From Octopus bimaculoides (Eukaryota), in NCBI RefSeq assembly GCF_001194135.2, contig NC_068995.1, forward strand, positions 1,946,976 through 2,010,771: 63,796 nt of DNA. The letters are read 5' to 3'. The position numbers and the translations under genes were made by a program. The notes beneath the pieces were generated by a model. That model had not been told where the DNA came from. It did not search any database and worked only from the letters and a program-made list of their open reading frames with translations. Below, in pieces: positions 14,351-27,605 of this stretch; position 1 is the first letter of the stretch, and each line of letters begins with the position of its first letter.

Positions 14351-15209
14351 ACTTTGAGGGTGTCAATGTGTATGTGTGTGTGTGTGTGTGTGCGTGTGTG
14401 TGTCAAAGAGTAGCAGACTTCTTCTTTGAAAAGGAATAAAAGGAATCCATTAAAGGTTGAAGATATCGCTACCTCCGTTCAATTCGGCGATCTCACAGTC
14501 AAATGGGGAACGGAGGTAATGGAAGGGAACTGATAGAAGAAAGAAGAAGAAGAAGAAGAAGAAGAAGAAGAAGAAGAAGAAGAAGCGGGGATGTGGGGGT
14601 TACACCTGGTGCCTCTAACCAAATATTTACTCGTCCTGTAGATCAAGGAATAAGCTGTACAGTCATCAAAGAATCCACAAATGGAAGCAAAGCTGGACGT
14701 CTTTGGGTTTAATGTACAACCATCATCAGAGTAACCATGGTTCTTTTGGCGGTGTCTGTCTTCACCGCGATACACTCATCGCCACTCGAAACGCCCCTTC
14801 ACATACCAAAGAACTGCATCAGCTTCTCACCTGTGTGACGTCACACACACGCGCATCGAGACGGTATGTGTGTGTGTGTAGGTGAGAGCATATGAAACTA
14901 GGTGTAAGGTTGAACAATAACAGGTGTTTCTGCAAAAATAATGCAAAATCACCAAACAGAGGAAGTAGACAACGGTGAGGGGTGGTGGGCATGGGAAGAG
15001 AAGAAGGAGATATATTATTGGCTGGCTGTTGTTGTTTTAGAATGGGTTAATGATGTTGCTGATGTTGATGGAATTATTATTGTCCTTATTCTTCTTGAAG
15101 ATGTGACTGTCACTCTTGTTGTTGTTGTTGTTATTAAAGTTGCTGTCCTTGATGACAATAAATATTGTGTTGTCATCGTTATTGTCATCGCTGTTGTTCA
15201 TCTTGTTTG

Positions 15210-15380
15210 AGCTTCAGCGGTTGAGTTATTCGGCTCACGATTGTAAAGAAGGTGAGTTCGATTCCTGGCAGCGCGTTGTGTCTCTCGAACAAAACTCATT
15301 ACTTTACGTTGCTCTCGTCCACTCAGCTGGCAAAACTGAGTGTCACTGCTCATAAGGTACCTGCCCGTATTTCAAATCCC
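15210..15380 (+). mobile_element. SINE family C, 5' part (tRNA-like head plus CORE-like segment)
   Basis: gagttcgattcctggcagcgcgttgtgtc...ttactttacgttgctc..gtccactcagctggcaaaa, shared with 24820-24910 and 38000-38100. Confidence 0.7.
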
Positions 15381-15446
15381 TATTCGTTTACGTTATATTT
15401 TTGTGTGCGTGTGTGTATGTATACGCATGTGTGTGCTATGTTCATC

Positions 15447-15479
<33 letters not shown>

Positions 15480-15540
15480 TGTTATGTAACAATGTGAGCG
15501 TGATAATCCTGTTTGAATATCTATAAAAAGCATGTACGCT

Positions 15541-15581
<41 letters not shown>

Positions 15582-15918
15582 NNNNNNNNNNNNNNNNNNN
15601 NNNNNNNNNNNNNNNNNNNNNNNNNNNNNNNNNNNNNNNNNNNNNNNNNNNNNNNNNNNNNNNNNNNNNNNNNNNNNNNNNNNNNNNNNNNNNNNNNNNN
15701 NNNNNNNNNNNNNNNNNNNNNNNNNNNNNNNNNNNNNNNNNNNNNNNNNNNNNNNNNNNNNNNNNNNNNNNNNNNNNNNNNNNNNNNNNNNNNNNNNNNN
15801 NNNNNNNNNNNNNNNNNNNNNNNNNNNNNNNNNNNNNNNNNNNNNNNNNNNNNNNNNNNNNNNNNNNNNNNNNNNNNNNNNNNNNNNNNNNNNNNNNNNN
15901 NNNNNNNNNNNNNNNNNN

Positions 15919-15962
<44 letters not shown>

Positions 15963-16828
15963 TGTGTGTGCGTGTGCATGTTTGTATGTATGTGTGTCTG
16001 TGTGTGCGGTCTTATATATACATGTTTGTGTGTGTGCGTGCATGTGTGCGTGTATGTGTTGGCGTGTTTATACCATTTTGAAGATCAAGTATTAGTCACT
16101 AAAGCAATTGGAAATTCCCCTTAATATTGGCCAATGTGCCCACACACACACTCACACACACACGCGCACAACGTACGTTCATGTTTAAGAAGGAGGTGTT
16201 CGCTGAAGTAAATGCAAACAGGACAGTTGATATTGTAATCCTACAACTAAAGTCACACTGTGGTTTAAGCTAACAATACTTGCTTTATATGTCTGTCTGT
16301 CTGTCTATCTGTCTATGTGTGTCTGTTGGTTTGTGCGTGTGTGTGTGTGTGTCAATATATCTACTTGTCTGTCTCCCCCTCTCTCTTGCAATCAATGTGT
16401 GAGTGTGTGTGTGTGTGTGTATGTATGTATATATATATATATGTATATATATATATTTATATATATATATATATATTTATTTGATCACAACTGTCCGACA
16501 AACGATAACTTGAAATTCTGAGTAACAGTTTATGAAGATTTTTTCCAGTTTTAATAAAAGCATATTGCGCTACCGTCGCTATTCGAGTACACACAGACAC
16601 ACACATACACAAGCATCTGTCAATTTCCTCTCACTTTCTAATGAACTATCTACCTCCCACCCAATCCCGATCCTCAGTTCTTAGTTTTTCTTCATATGCT
16701 TTGAGGTTACACTCTCATACCTCGTCACCAATATCTTTACCTCGTTTCCCTCTTCTCCCAGCCACTCTTATATAATGCGCAGTAGCGATGTACCGATTCT
16801 GAGATGCTGAAGTATAACACAGAGACAG

Positions 16829-16882
<54 letters not shown>

Positions 16883-18723
16883 GCGTGTGTGTGCGTGTGT
16901 GTAAAAAACCCTTATAGTGTGCTTTCCAAAGCTTCTCTTCGGGTGTCAGCTATCAAATGCTACCATACCGATTTCTTGTCTCTGGATATACATGTGGAAA
17001 TCCAGATATTTATTAATGGTAGATAATTATTAAAACTTACAACAGACGCACATCATGTTACACACACACACACACACAAATATATATATATATATATATA
17101 TATACATATGTACGTATTTGTGCTTGCAGATGAGTGTGTTATTTTTGCAAATCCTTATAGATTATTGGGCAGGGGCGTGACACTGTCAGGTTTTTCTTCA
17201 GATGAAAAGAAGTTTTAAGTTTTTGAATTGAATTCAATGGTTTCAGTAGAAAAAAATGAGTTGTTTGTCAGACGAAAATATTTAGTCATCGAATAGGGAT
17301 AGTCTTCTTAAAAGCTTATAAACAACAGCAACCAATTTGCTGTCCCCAATTTCTGCAAACAGCCAGCCTAGGTAGGCGTATACAGCAGACTCCAAAGAGC
17401 TGTCTCATAAAAACGTCGCCCAATGCGCACCGAAGCCTTTTTTCCCTATCTACGCTTCTGAGCTGACAGACAATTGTCATGCTTAATATAAACTGAGTTA
17501 TTTAGATAATGTTCAGGTTCAAGGAATCTGCGCCATATTGCAATGCAGTTTCACAACCGTCAAATGTAGAATAATTCACACTGAAGAAAGCTTGAGAAAG
17601 TGATGAGGAAATTCCAACGATTAAGATAATAGCAGGAATATGGTGGGCAGTGTTACGTTTTGAGAAACGGACCGTACTGATAAGGAAATGAATTTTAAAG
17701 AAGAACAAAATGTGAATGAAGAAATTCAATAGTTGTAGGATTAGTTTCAGCTACAAAATATTTCAACAGAGTCTAAGTTTTATGACGTTTGTTATTGTGG
17801 ATTATTGCTTGTTATTAGTATCACATGATTTAAATGACCGCGAGATAACCGGAAATGTTAAGAAATCAGAAGATAATAAGATAGAAAAAGAAAAGACGAG
17901 ACTGAACAAAAATAATCGGCTCAGCAAAAACAAATTTTCAAAGAGGATTTGAACTTCGCCACTTTTATTACTGTGGACGATAGCCTGTTAGTATCACATG
18001 ACGTAAATGACTGCAAGATAAACCGGAAGTGTTGAGAAATCGGAAGAGAATATAGAAGAAACTAAAACAAGTGTTTCGGCTCGGCAAAGAAGATGAAATT
18101 TGTCATTAGAATATTCTAGTATTGAAATAAACATGGCCGTTCTTTATCTGCTGTTCTGATGTATCAGAAGCCATGTTCCCCCATGTGACTCGAGCTGAAG
18201 ACTTTCGGTTAAGTCAAAATGTCAAATAGCCTCAATCCAAACCTACCGAGTTTTTATTTATTTTTCTTATTTTTCCGAAATCGGACTTTTTTTTACGTGT
18301 TCCATTAACAGGTTATTCTTAAGTAATTCTGCGTGAATGCAAGCGTCTTTACAAAAATACAGATACACGCGCGCGCTACAGAAAAGCTCTCTAAATCTAT
18401 TGCTGTCTACCATATAAACATACACATTTGTGCACAAATACATACATACATTCACACATACACACCTACATACATACATAAGCTTATAACTTATAGACAG
18501 ACACATACACACATACAAGAAGAGATCTCTATAAAGCTTTAAGTCCTAGAGAATATAGGATCACACACACCCGCACACTCATAAATACATAACATGTGGG
18601 TTCGATTCTTGCAGGTAGTCTTCGGCCATTTTTCAATTCGAGATATTTTTTTTACCTAATATATCACGTTTATTTATAGCTGCATCCACTTCGAGATCCG
18701 CCATTAAAATTATACATACATAC

Positions 18724-18808
<85 letters not shown>

Positions 18809-20034
18809 GAGATAGAGAGGGAGAAAAAGACAGAAAGAAAAAGAGACTCACACACATGTATCATATGTATATAGACACACACACACACACACACACACAC
18901 GCACGCGCGCGCACACACACACATACTCACATATATGTCTATATCTGTGCATATGATATTTATGAAATGTTAAAAACATTGACACACACACACTTCACAT
19001 TATATACGGAAATAATAAAAAGGCGAAAATCCATTAAGTGTTTTCGCCAAACTTCAAAGTACAAAACACACCGAATGGTTATATACAAAAGCCAGAAATC
19101 TTTCTCACGGACCTATTGTCGTCGTTATGGTCAACGTAAACACTTTAGTAACGGTTGTCGTAATAAGTTATAAAATCATGTGAATTGATAGTAAAATAGA
19201 ATTAAATGTCCACCAACTTTTGTATATAAATCTTATTTCTTTTGTTGACCCATTGTTATTCTGGAGTTGAGTAGCCACACAAGTAAAACGGACAAATATT
19301 ATAATTCTTGCATAATTCCTCCCTCAAAATTATATGAATGCTAAGGAATTTTTTCTTGTGTACAGTTGTCTAATTTGTTGACGCTGTAATATCAATCTTT
19401 TGCCGGTGTTTTCCCCGTTTGGCTGATATATTTTCGGCAACTTTCGCGTGTTAAAACAGCGAAAAATTATGTTAAGTTTTGAAAATAGGTCCCTCTTTGA
19501 GATATAATTCATAACCTTTTAATATTCCATGGATATGTTAGTCGTTAGAAGAAGGAAATTAAAACCATAGAGGTACTTTAAACCTACAGATTCGAGACAA
19601 TATCTCCTATTTACCTGATGTCATCCTTTAACTAAAGATTATAAACGAAAGGAAATGAAGGAAGTACTTGATCGATAATGAAACTCGCAGAGAAAGGTAA
19701 ACTGACGTCCAGAAATTTCGATCGAGAAAATCAAATGAGAAAAATGAAGCGTTACGCATGTATTAATTTCTGCGAGACCAAAAGATTTTTAAAAAACGTC
19801 AAAAGAAAGATCGTCATTTTTACTAAAAGTAAATAGCAAACAGTTTTTAAAAAGACCATTTCCAGCGCAAAACTACATGCAAAAACTATGGATATAAAAA
19901 ATTAGAATATTTAAACGACCAAACTGTGAAGTATAAAGCTATTTATTAGAAGGATATGAATTTATTTCAAAGAGGGAACTATTTTCAAAACTTAGCATAA
20001 TTTTTCTTTGTTTTAATATCTATAATTTAACTCT

Positions 20035-20375
20035 GGCCATGCTAGAAATCGACCCCAGGACTTAATCTTTGTTAGCTTAGTACTTATTCTGTCAGTGCCT
20101 TTTGCCGAACCGTTATGTTATGTGGGCATAAACACATCAGCATCGGTTGACAAGCGGTAGCGGTGGGACAAACACAGACAAACATACAAATATATACATA
20201 TACATATATACTATACGATGGGCTTCTTCCAGTTTCCGTCTATCAAATCCACTCACAAGGCTTTGGTTAGTCCGAGGCTGTAGTAGAAGACACTTGCCCA
20301 AGGTACCACGCAGTGGAACTGAACCCGGAACCATGTGGCTGGTAAGCAAGCTTCTTAGCACACCTATATGTATGT
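20035..20375 (-). mobile_element. SINE family B, near full-length
   Basis: Reverse complement of ...cttaccagccacatggttccgggttcagttccactgcgtggtaccttgggcaagtgtcttctactacagcctcgg...gatagacggaaactggaagaagcccatcg... plus the tail ending ccagcatggcc. Other copies or parts lie near 21590, 25700-26170, 37715, 39940, 40830, 42080, 45290, 50384, 53120 and 62820. Confidence 0.8.
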
Positions 20376-20614
20376 ATAAATTCCCAGTTGTTTACCTAGC
20401 CATTCTTCCTTTCTACCTTTTCTGCTGAAATGGCGTTATACAACAGTCTGGTGCCAACGAAATCTCGTCTACCGCTATATTTTCTGCTTTTTAGCATTTA
20501 ACGTCTCTACCAGATGATTTCTCAAGACAATTTCATCAGCTTGCGATGTTTGAAGCAACACATCCACGATAAATTGGATATGCAAATAATATTCGTCACC
20601 GCTAATGCCTATGG

Positions 20615-20885
20615 TATATATATATATATATAAAAGTGAAACAATATTATATCACAATACAATACAGATGTTATTGTTTCACTTTTGACACGTAATAGAG
20701 AACCAGTCTAAGAGATTGTTCCGGGCCCTCATCAGGCAAGAAGTCGAAAAATATTTTTAGCCCATGACACTCCATTGCCCTTAAGTAGTGCATGTGTAAA
20801 ATTTGAATGAAATCGGTTGGGTAGTTCTCGAGATTTGGGGCTTCACACATACTGACAGACAGACAAATACACACACACACACATA
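20615..20885 (+). mobile_element. Non-autonomous Helitron/HINE-like element
   Basis: Starts (TA)n-TAAAAG, with a perfect 15-bp inverted repeat AAAAGTGAAACAATA (20632-20646) / TATTGTTTCACTTTT (20672-20686). It later carries aaaatttgaatgaaatcggttgggtagttctcgagattt...gacagacagac, a segment typical of such elements. Family assignment is an inference. Confidence 0.5.
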
Positions 20886-21735
20886 TACAGTGGCTGAGGA
20901 CTCCACAGACACGCGTATCCTTAACGTAGTTCTCAGGGAGATTCAGCGTGAACACAATGTGACAAGGGTGATTTCTTTTAAATTACAGGTACAACTCATT
21001 TTTATATTATTTACCTGTCAGCAGAGTGAACTGGAGCAACGTAAAATAAAGTGTCTTGCTCAAGGACAGAACACGCCGCCGGGAATCGAACTCATGATCT
21101 TACGATCATGAGTCGAATGCTCCTAGCCACAAAGCCACGCACCTCCATTCTTTTATGAAACACATTTTAACCTCACCTTGAAAAAGCAGGAAAAGGAAAG
21201 ACCTGTGGTCACACAACACGTTTTTCTCTCATAGGTTTCTCTTTGTTTGCTTGCTTTCTTATTGAGACGCTATGAAAGCTTGCCGGACGGGCTGTACCCG
21301 TAATACAAGCGTCCACCCTTGTCACTTCGTGTCACGCTGTTTCTGGATGAGAATTCCGATTAATAATACACGTGTCTGCAATATAGTCGTTCTCTTTCAC
21401 GTTTATTTGACAGTCTCGTAGTAGATCAGGTGTTCCACTAACTGGTCACTCGTCGTCAAAGACGACCGAGATACTTTCTCTTGGCACACACGCACACTGT
21501 CATACTTACATAGATTCATACACACATATTTGCATATATACAGATACGCATAACGATACCCATACCCATACGCACACACACACAGACATAGAGGCGCAGG
21601 GGTTGCCATGTAACTACTTGGTTCCGGGTTCAGTCCCAATGCGTGGTACCCTGGGCAACTATTCTCTATTATAGCCTCGAGCTGACGAAAGCCTTGTCAG
21701 TGGATTTGGTAGGCGGTAACTGAAAGAAGCCCGTC

Positions 21736-21771
<36 letters not shown>

Positions 21772-21779
21772 ATACATAC

Positions 21780-21907
21780 AAGGGTTTAACTTTATGGCGT
21801 ATCGTCAGACCTCAAAACCTTTTGGCCTAAGACCTCTTCCATGTCTTGAAGAGGTCTTAGGCCAAGAGATTTTGGGGTCTGACGATACGCCATAAAGTTA
21901 AACCCTT
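21780..21907. repeat. Near-perfect fold-back palindrome (arms about 60 bp)
   Basis: aagggtttaactttatggcgtatcgtcagacctcaaaaccttttggcctaagacctcttc / gaagaggtcttaggccaagagattttggggtctgacgatacgccataaagttaaaccctt; 3 mismatches and a loop of about 8 nt. Confidence 0.9.
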
Positions 21908-21997
21908 TATGGACGGGAAACACAGGGTAATAGCATAAACCTGTCTCCACCATTAACGTATATATATATATATAAAATACAAAAATGGGACAAGAAC

Positions 21998-22029
<32 letters not shown>

Positions 22030-22719
22030 NNNNNNNNNNNNNNNNNNNNNNNNNNNNNNNNNNNNNNNNNNNNNNNNNNNNNNNNNNNNNNNNNNNNNNN
22101 NNNNNNNNNNNNNNNNNNNNNNNNNNNNNNNNNNNNNNNNNNNNNNNNNNNNNNNNNNNNNNNNNNNNNNNNNNNNNNNNNNNNNNNNNNNNNNNNNNNN
22201 NNNNNNNNNNNNNNNNNNNNNNNNNNNNNNNNNNNNNNNNNNNNNNNNNNNNNNNNNNNNNNNNNNNNNNNNNNNNNNNNNNNNNNNNNNNNNNNNNNNN
22301 NNNNNNNNNNNNNNNNNNNNNNNNNNNNNNNNNNNNNNNNNNNNNNNNNNNNNNNNNNATACTTAAATCTATGTATATATCTATTTCTCTCTCTCTTTCT
22401 CTCTCTCTCTCTATCTCGCTTGCTAGTTAGCTAGCTCTCTGTGTATATTCACAGATGTATGTGTGTATTGTGTGTGTATTGCACTATTGCTACTGCGACG
22501 ACCAGGGCCACCACCACCACCACCACCACCACCGCCATCGTTGCATCCACCCGTTCGACTACTTGCCTATCTTTAAATATAACCAAGCTGTGGCTTTACT
22601 TTTTTTCTAAAGTACACATTAGTCTTTGAACAGTCTTTAGCTGTTCACATATGCACTTGGTTGCACCAAGCTGCACTTGGCACACGAGTTGCTGCTGCAG
22701 CTGCTGTTTTTAGCTTCAG

Positions 22720-22779
22720 CACCCGCCGCCTTCCGCTCCATTCCATCATCACCCGCCGCCTTCCGCTCCATTCCATCAT
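22720..22779. repeat. Perfect 30-bp tandem duplication
   Basis: cacccgccgccttccgctccattccatcat x2. Confidence 0.9.
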
Positions 22780-23028
22780 CACCAGCGCCGATCGCCGCCG
22801 TTGCCACAGCTAACACACCTGCGGCAGCATCACCACCACTGATCATTACACACGTACGTACATACATACATACATACGCACACACACACATTTGGAGAGA
22901 AGAGAGAGGAAAAGAGAGACAGGTAAGATAGAAGATAAGGCTGTAGATTACCTGACGAGGTACGAGTTACGGCGAAGACGACGACAACGATGACGATAGC
23001 GGTGGTGGTAGTGATGGCAGATGGAAAG

Positions 23029-23063
<35 letters not shown>

Positions 23064-23197
23064 CAGAGAGAGCGAGAGAGACAGAGAGAGAAAAAGAGAA
23101 AGAAAGAGAAAGTGAGAGAAAGAGAAAGAGAGAGATGAGATAGGTTTCCGTCAATCACCAATCACTGACATATGAATGAGACACAATATATCCAGAG

Positions 23198-23283
<86 letters not shown>

Positions 23284-25863
23284 GGAGTCATAGACATACA
23301 GTGTCAGCTAAACACCAGACGCCCAATTGTATGACAGCACCACGCATACACATACACACACATACGCAAGCACGCACGTACGCTCACACACACATATATA
23401 TATACCCACCCATATAGTCAGACACACACATAGACAGCCAGACATACCTGTATTTGAAGGAGTTATAACGAATGTCGACTGGCTTTACCTGTTGTATAAC
23501 CCAACATAATGGAGCGGCGCTAGTGGTGTGGTGGTGTGTCAGCATTGTGGTTGTATCGGCAGTAGTTGTGGTGACGGTCGTGGAGGGTGGGAAGTAGTAC
23601 AAGTAACAGCAGTTGTAGTGGCAGAAGAAGTGGTGGTGATGACAGTGAGTGGTAGGTATTGGTGGTAGTTGTAGTGGCGGAAGAAATGTAGTAGTAGTAG
23701 TATGTGTGTGTGTGTATTTATGTATGTATGTATGTGTGTGTGTGTGTGTATGTATGTATATATATATGTACATATATCGAGAGAGGAGACAGTGAAACGC
23801 GCGACAGGTAACCACAGATGGGACTCGTCCGTGGCTTCCACATTGCAGTCCAGTCTTCAGAGTGGTACGACGCGGGGGATTGACCTCGGAATAGGCTAGC
23901 GTGCGAATTACGAGAAATAATAAGATATAAAAAAAAAAAACAAGAGAAAAAACAATGACATGCAGAAAACAGGTGTGGTGTAAAGCATTGAATACAATGC
24001 TTTACCCGGTCCGGGAATTGACCCAACGATGTAGCGATCGTGAGTGCAACTCATTAAGCACTTGGCCACGCGCATTCACACACACACACACGTACATATA
24101 TAGCTGAAGTTAACACAGAACTTTTGAATTTGAAGAATATTCAGCATCTTTGGCAGTCACAGCAGATCTCGGGGATCTTGTTCGTCTCGCTCCTATATAT
24201 AATATATCGTGTTTTTAACACACGTCCATGAAGAGGTTTTTTTTTTCAGTCAAAATCTACCGCATCATACCTTTCAGTAGTAGATATATGTTAAGTATGA
24301 TACGCAGAAAGCTATTTTATTTTAATGCTGTTTCAATTGCGGACGCCGAGTTTTATTCAGCGTGGCCGCTTTACGCAACATCAGTGAATGTATTATTCAC
24401 TCTTTCCTATATGTTAACGGGGACATGTTTCGTAGCGATTATACGTTATTAATAATGCTCAAGGAAGTCGACACATGTCTGATGTTCTCGTGGCCCACTG
24501 TTGGCATGATTTTCGCCTCGCTCCGTTGTTTATTGTTTGTAACAGAAGATGTCTATGAAAAAATTTTCTTTTTTCCCAGGCAAAGACCACAGCATATACA
24601 TTGATGCACTGTCAGCCATTCTGATTTAATACTGTTACAATTGGGTGTACCGAGAATTAACTGGTTGTTTATAAACGTCTTCATTTAAAAACAGACATAG
24701 AGTCTGTTAACATAGCAACTTGAGTGACATATTAAGAAAACTTACAATGTTATATCAATACTAAAAATAGACAAGCATTAACATCAAATTGCATTATTAA
24801 ATAAACGGAAGGCGACGAGCTAGCAAAATCATTAGTACCCCGTGTTGTGTTCTTGAGCAAAACACTTCATTTCACGTTACCACAGTCCACTCAGATGTAA
24901 ATGGGTCACCCTACGACAAACTATCCTTCCGATCAGGGGTAGGAATGTTGGTCTGCTCGCCTAGCCAACCGGGTGGCATTAATCGAACGATAAAACAATG
25001 CAAAGCGCATTGTGACCAGCGTTGTATAACAACAGCTAATAATCTGGTCGATCACGTGGTATGTAGATGCATACGTAAATTTTTTTCAAGGTGAGCAATG
25101 AGGTTACTAAAAGTTTGCTCAGAGGAACACGTCGAGGAAGGAACCACGGCTAAAATTTCAACTAAAATATTAACGAAATATCGCATGTCAGAAATAAGAC
25201 CGATTCTGTCCTAAAAATTGACTACAGTAACCTTGTAGCAAGGTTTTCCATCGCCTTGTAAGCCTATGGTGGTACTTTAAAGTAAGACGGTAGAAAAAGA
25301 AGGAATACAGAAAACATATTTGTTTATAACTAATGAAGGCAGAAGTGAGGAAACAAGACAAGTAGGGGACACTAAAGATGGCTTCACTGCTGGGTTTTAC
25401 GATAAAATGAGAAGCGAACACACTGGGCAGTAAAATATGTGATCGCAAATAATAGTGACAGTGAATAAATGACACCAGAATGAGTTAGAGAAGACTAGAA
25501 CAGTAACTTGGCAAAGATGGCAGCAGGAAGAGAGGTGTTAGCGATGGTGTTGGAGTTAAACGACGTATTTTACTGAAGTGTTTTGTACTGGTTGGACAAT
25601 TGGAAAATAAAAGGAAAGACTGGTTTTATTGTAGTTGGTCTATATGAGAAACGATGGAACTTAGAAAGACGGAAGGGAAACATATCTATATATGGTACCA
25701 AGCATTGGCGTATTCTCAAGAAATTCGCTTTGCAACGATAAGGTGACACCTTGCGTTGTACCTTGGGCAAGTGTCTCCTATTACAACTCACAGCCGACCA
25801 ATGCCATGAATAAATCTCTGAGACTGAAACTACGTGGAAGCCCACTGTATATGTATGAATGTA

Positions 25864-25933
<70 letters not shown>

Positions 25934-25940
25934 GATACAC

Positions 25941-25977
<37 letters not shown>

Positions 25978-26400
25978 GTATTTATATTTATGTATGTGTG
26001 TGCGCGCGCGTTTGTTTCTATAGTGCTTGACAACCGGTGTTGGCTTGTTTACGTCCTCATAATATGAGCGGTTCGGCAGAAGAAGTCCGATAGACTTACA
26101 ATAAATGCTACGTGACGGGTTGATTTCTTCGACTAACCCTACAACGTTTTCATCCAGCATGGCCGCGATCCATTGATTGAAACGAACAAGAGAGTTGCCA
26201 AGAGAAGAAACAACTCTTTTAGGCCAAAGAAATCTACCATGCACGGTTCTTATCAGCCGATTTCTGGTTAACCAGACTAATAGAGAACCCTCGAGCGACA
26301 AATTAGTGAGGAACGCCACGGAAGGAAATTCATCGAGGGAAACCAAAAAAAGCGTGATTTCTGCTAAAGTAAAAAACCACGAATACATACCACGAGGTGT

Positions 26401-26450
26401 CCAGTACTTAAGAGAGGCAGAAATAGCCCGAAACCAGGCTGGTCTGCTGG
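26401..26450 (+). ncRNA. Type I hammerhead ribozyme with one core substitution (G5->U)
   Basis: CCAGTA-CTTAAGA-GAGGCAGAAATAGCCC-GAAA-CCAG-G-CTGG-TC-TGCTGG. Helix I is CCAGTA/TGCTGG, helix II is GGC/GCC plus a G-C pair, helix III is ACCAG-G-CTGGT, and the triplet is GUC (cut after 26444). The core reads CUUAAGA instead of CUGANGA. Confidence 0.7.
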
Positions 26451-27169
26451 TCGCTAGAAGGTGGTAGGGGTTCACTCCCCTGCTCGCAATATCTTGGATG
26501 CAGCCGTGCATCGTTAACCAGCTAGAGGAGATGTCCTCTTGGGGTTAAAAAATCGCAGTACAGTCCGTTCGGACGGACAAACATGTTGAAGTGGCTACGA
26601 ACATTACTTGCTAATACAACTACTGCGTTGATCTCTTAGAGACATTTTAGCACTAGTATTTTGCTTGTTGCATACATACATACATACGTACACACACACA
26701 TATACATAGATAAAGAGACAGACAGACAGAGAAAGAAAAAGAGAGATAGATTGATATGTAAGAGTGTTTGTGTGGGTGGGTGGTTGTACAAACACACACA
26801 CAAACCTATCCCTAGCTCCAAGTATTTCTGTTGCTCCTTGTCGGAGTAATAATGTGATTGATGATGTAGAAAAATGGCGACTGTTTTCACAAAGCTGTTC
26901 CAATGTTTTCATGTTTGATCCACCAATCCCGGCTAGATCCGGGTTGACGAATCTGAGAAACAGGAAGAAGAAAACAATGAAAATTCGTTTGGTTTTAAAT
27001 ATTTGACACACCATCTTCTGGTTTTTAGTTTTACAAACAATGACACAGCAAGGGAGATGGTTGCGTGTGTGCGGGGGTGGGTGACATTTCGTGTATATGT
27101 ATTGAGAGAGATAATGACAGACAAAGACTGTATGCGTGAGGGACAATAAAGAAGGGACGCATTAAAAAA

Positions 27170-27184
27170 GAATGAGATGGAGAA

Positions 27185-27218
<34 letters not shown>

Positions 27219-27564
27219 GAAAAAGAAGAAAGTGAAAAAGAAAGAATAAATGAAAGATTGTATGGAGAAACAGAGACAATGAAAAGGAGAGGGAAAGATA
27301 GTAAGAGAAAGAGAGAGACAGAGAGAGAGACAGAGAGAGACAGAGAGAGACCGAGAGAGAGAGAGACAGAGAGAGAGAGACAGAGAGAGAGAGACAGAGA
27401 GAGAGAGAGACAGAGAGAGAGAGACAGAGAGAGAGAGACAGAGAGACCGAGAAGTAAGAAACGCGTGTAGGTTGTATGAGAGAGAGAAAGAGAAGGAGAG
27501 AGATAATGAGAAAGATAGAAAGGCAGAGAGTCTAAAAGCGAGGAGAGAGAAAGAGAGAGAAAGA

Positions 27565-27605
<41 letters not shown>

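Noticed and set aside
14690-14740. Minus-strand CTGATGA-TGGTT..AAACC-CAAA-GACGTC
   Set aside because: GAAA is absent and there is no helix I.
25942-26511. 189-aa minus ORF and overlapping 96-aa plus ORF
   Set aside because: No recognisable domain; the ORF runs through a SINE tail and microsatellite. The block is better explained by the hammerhead-containing element.
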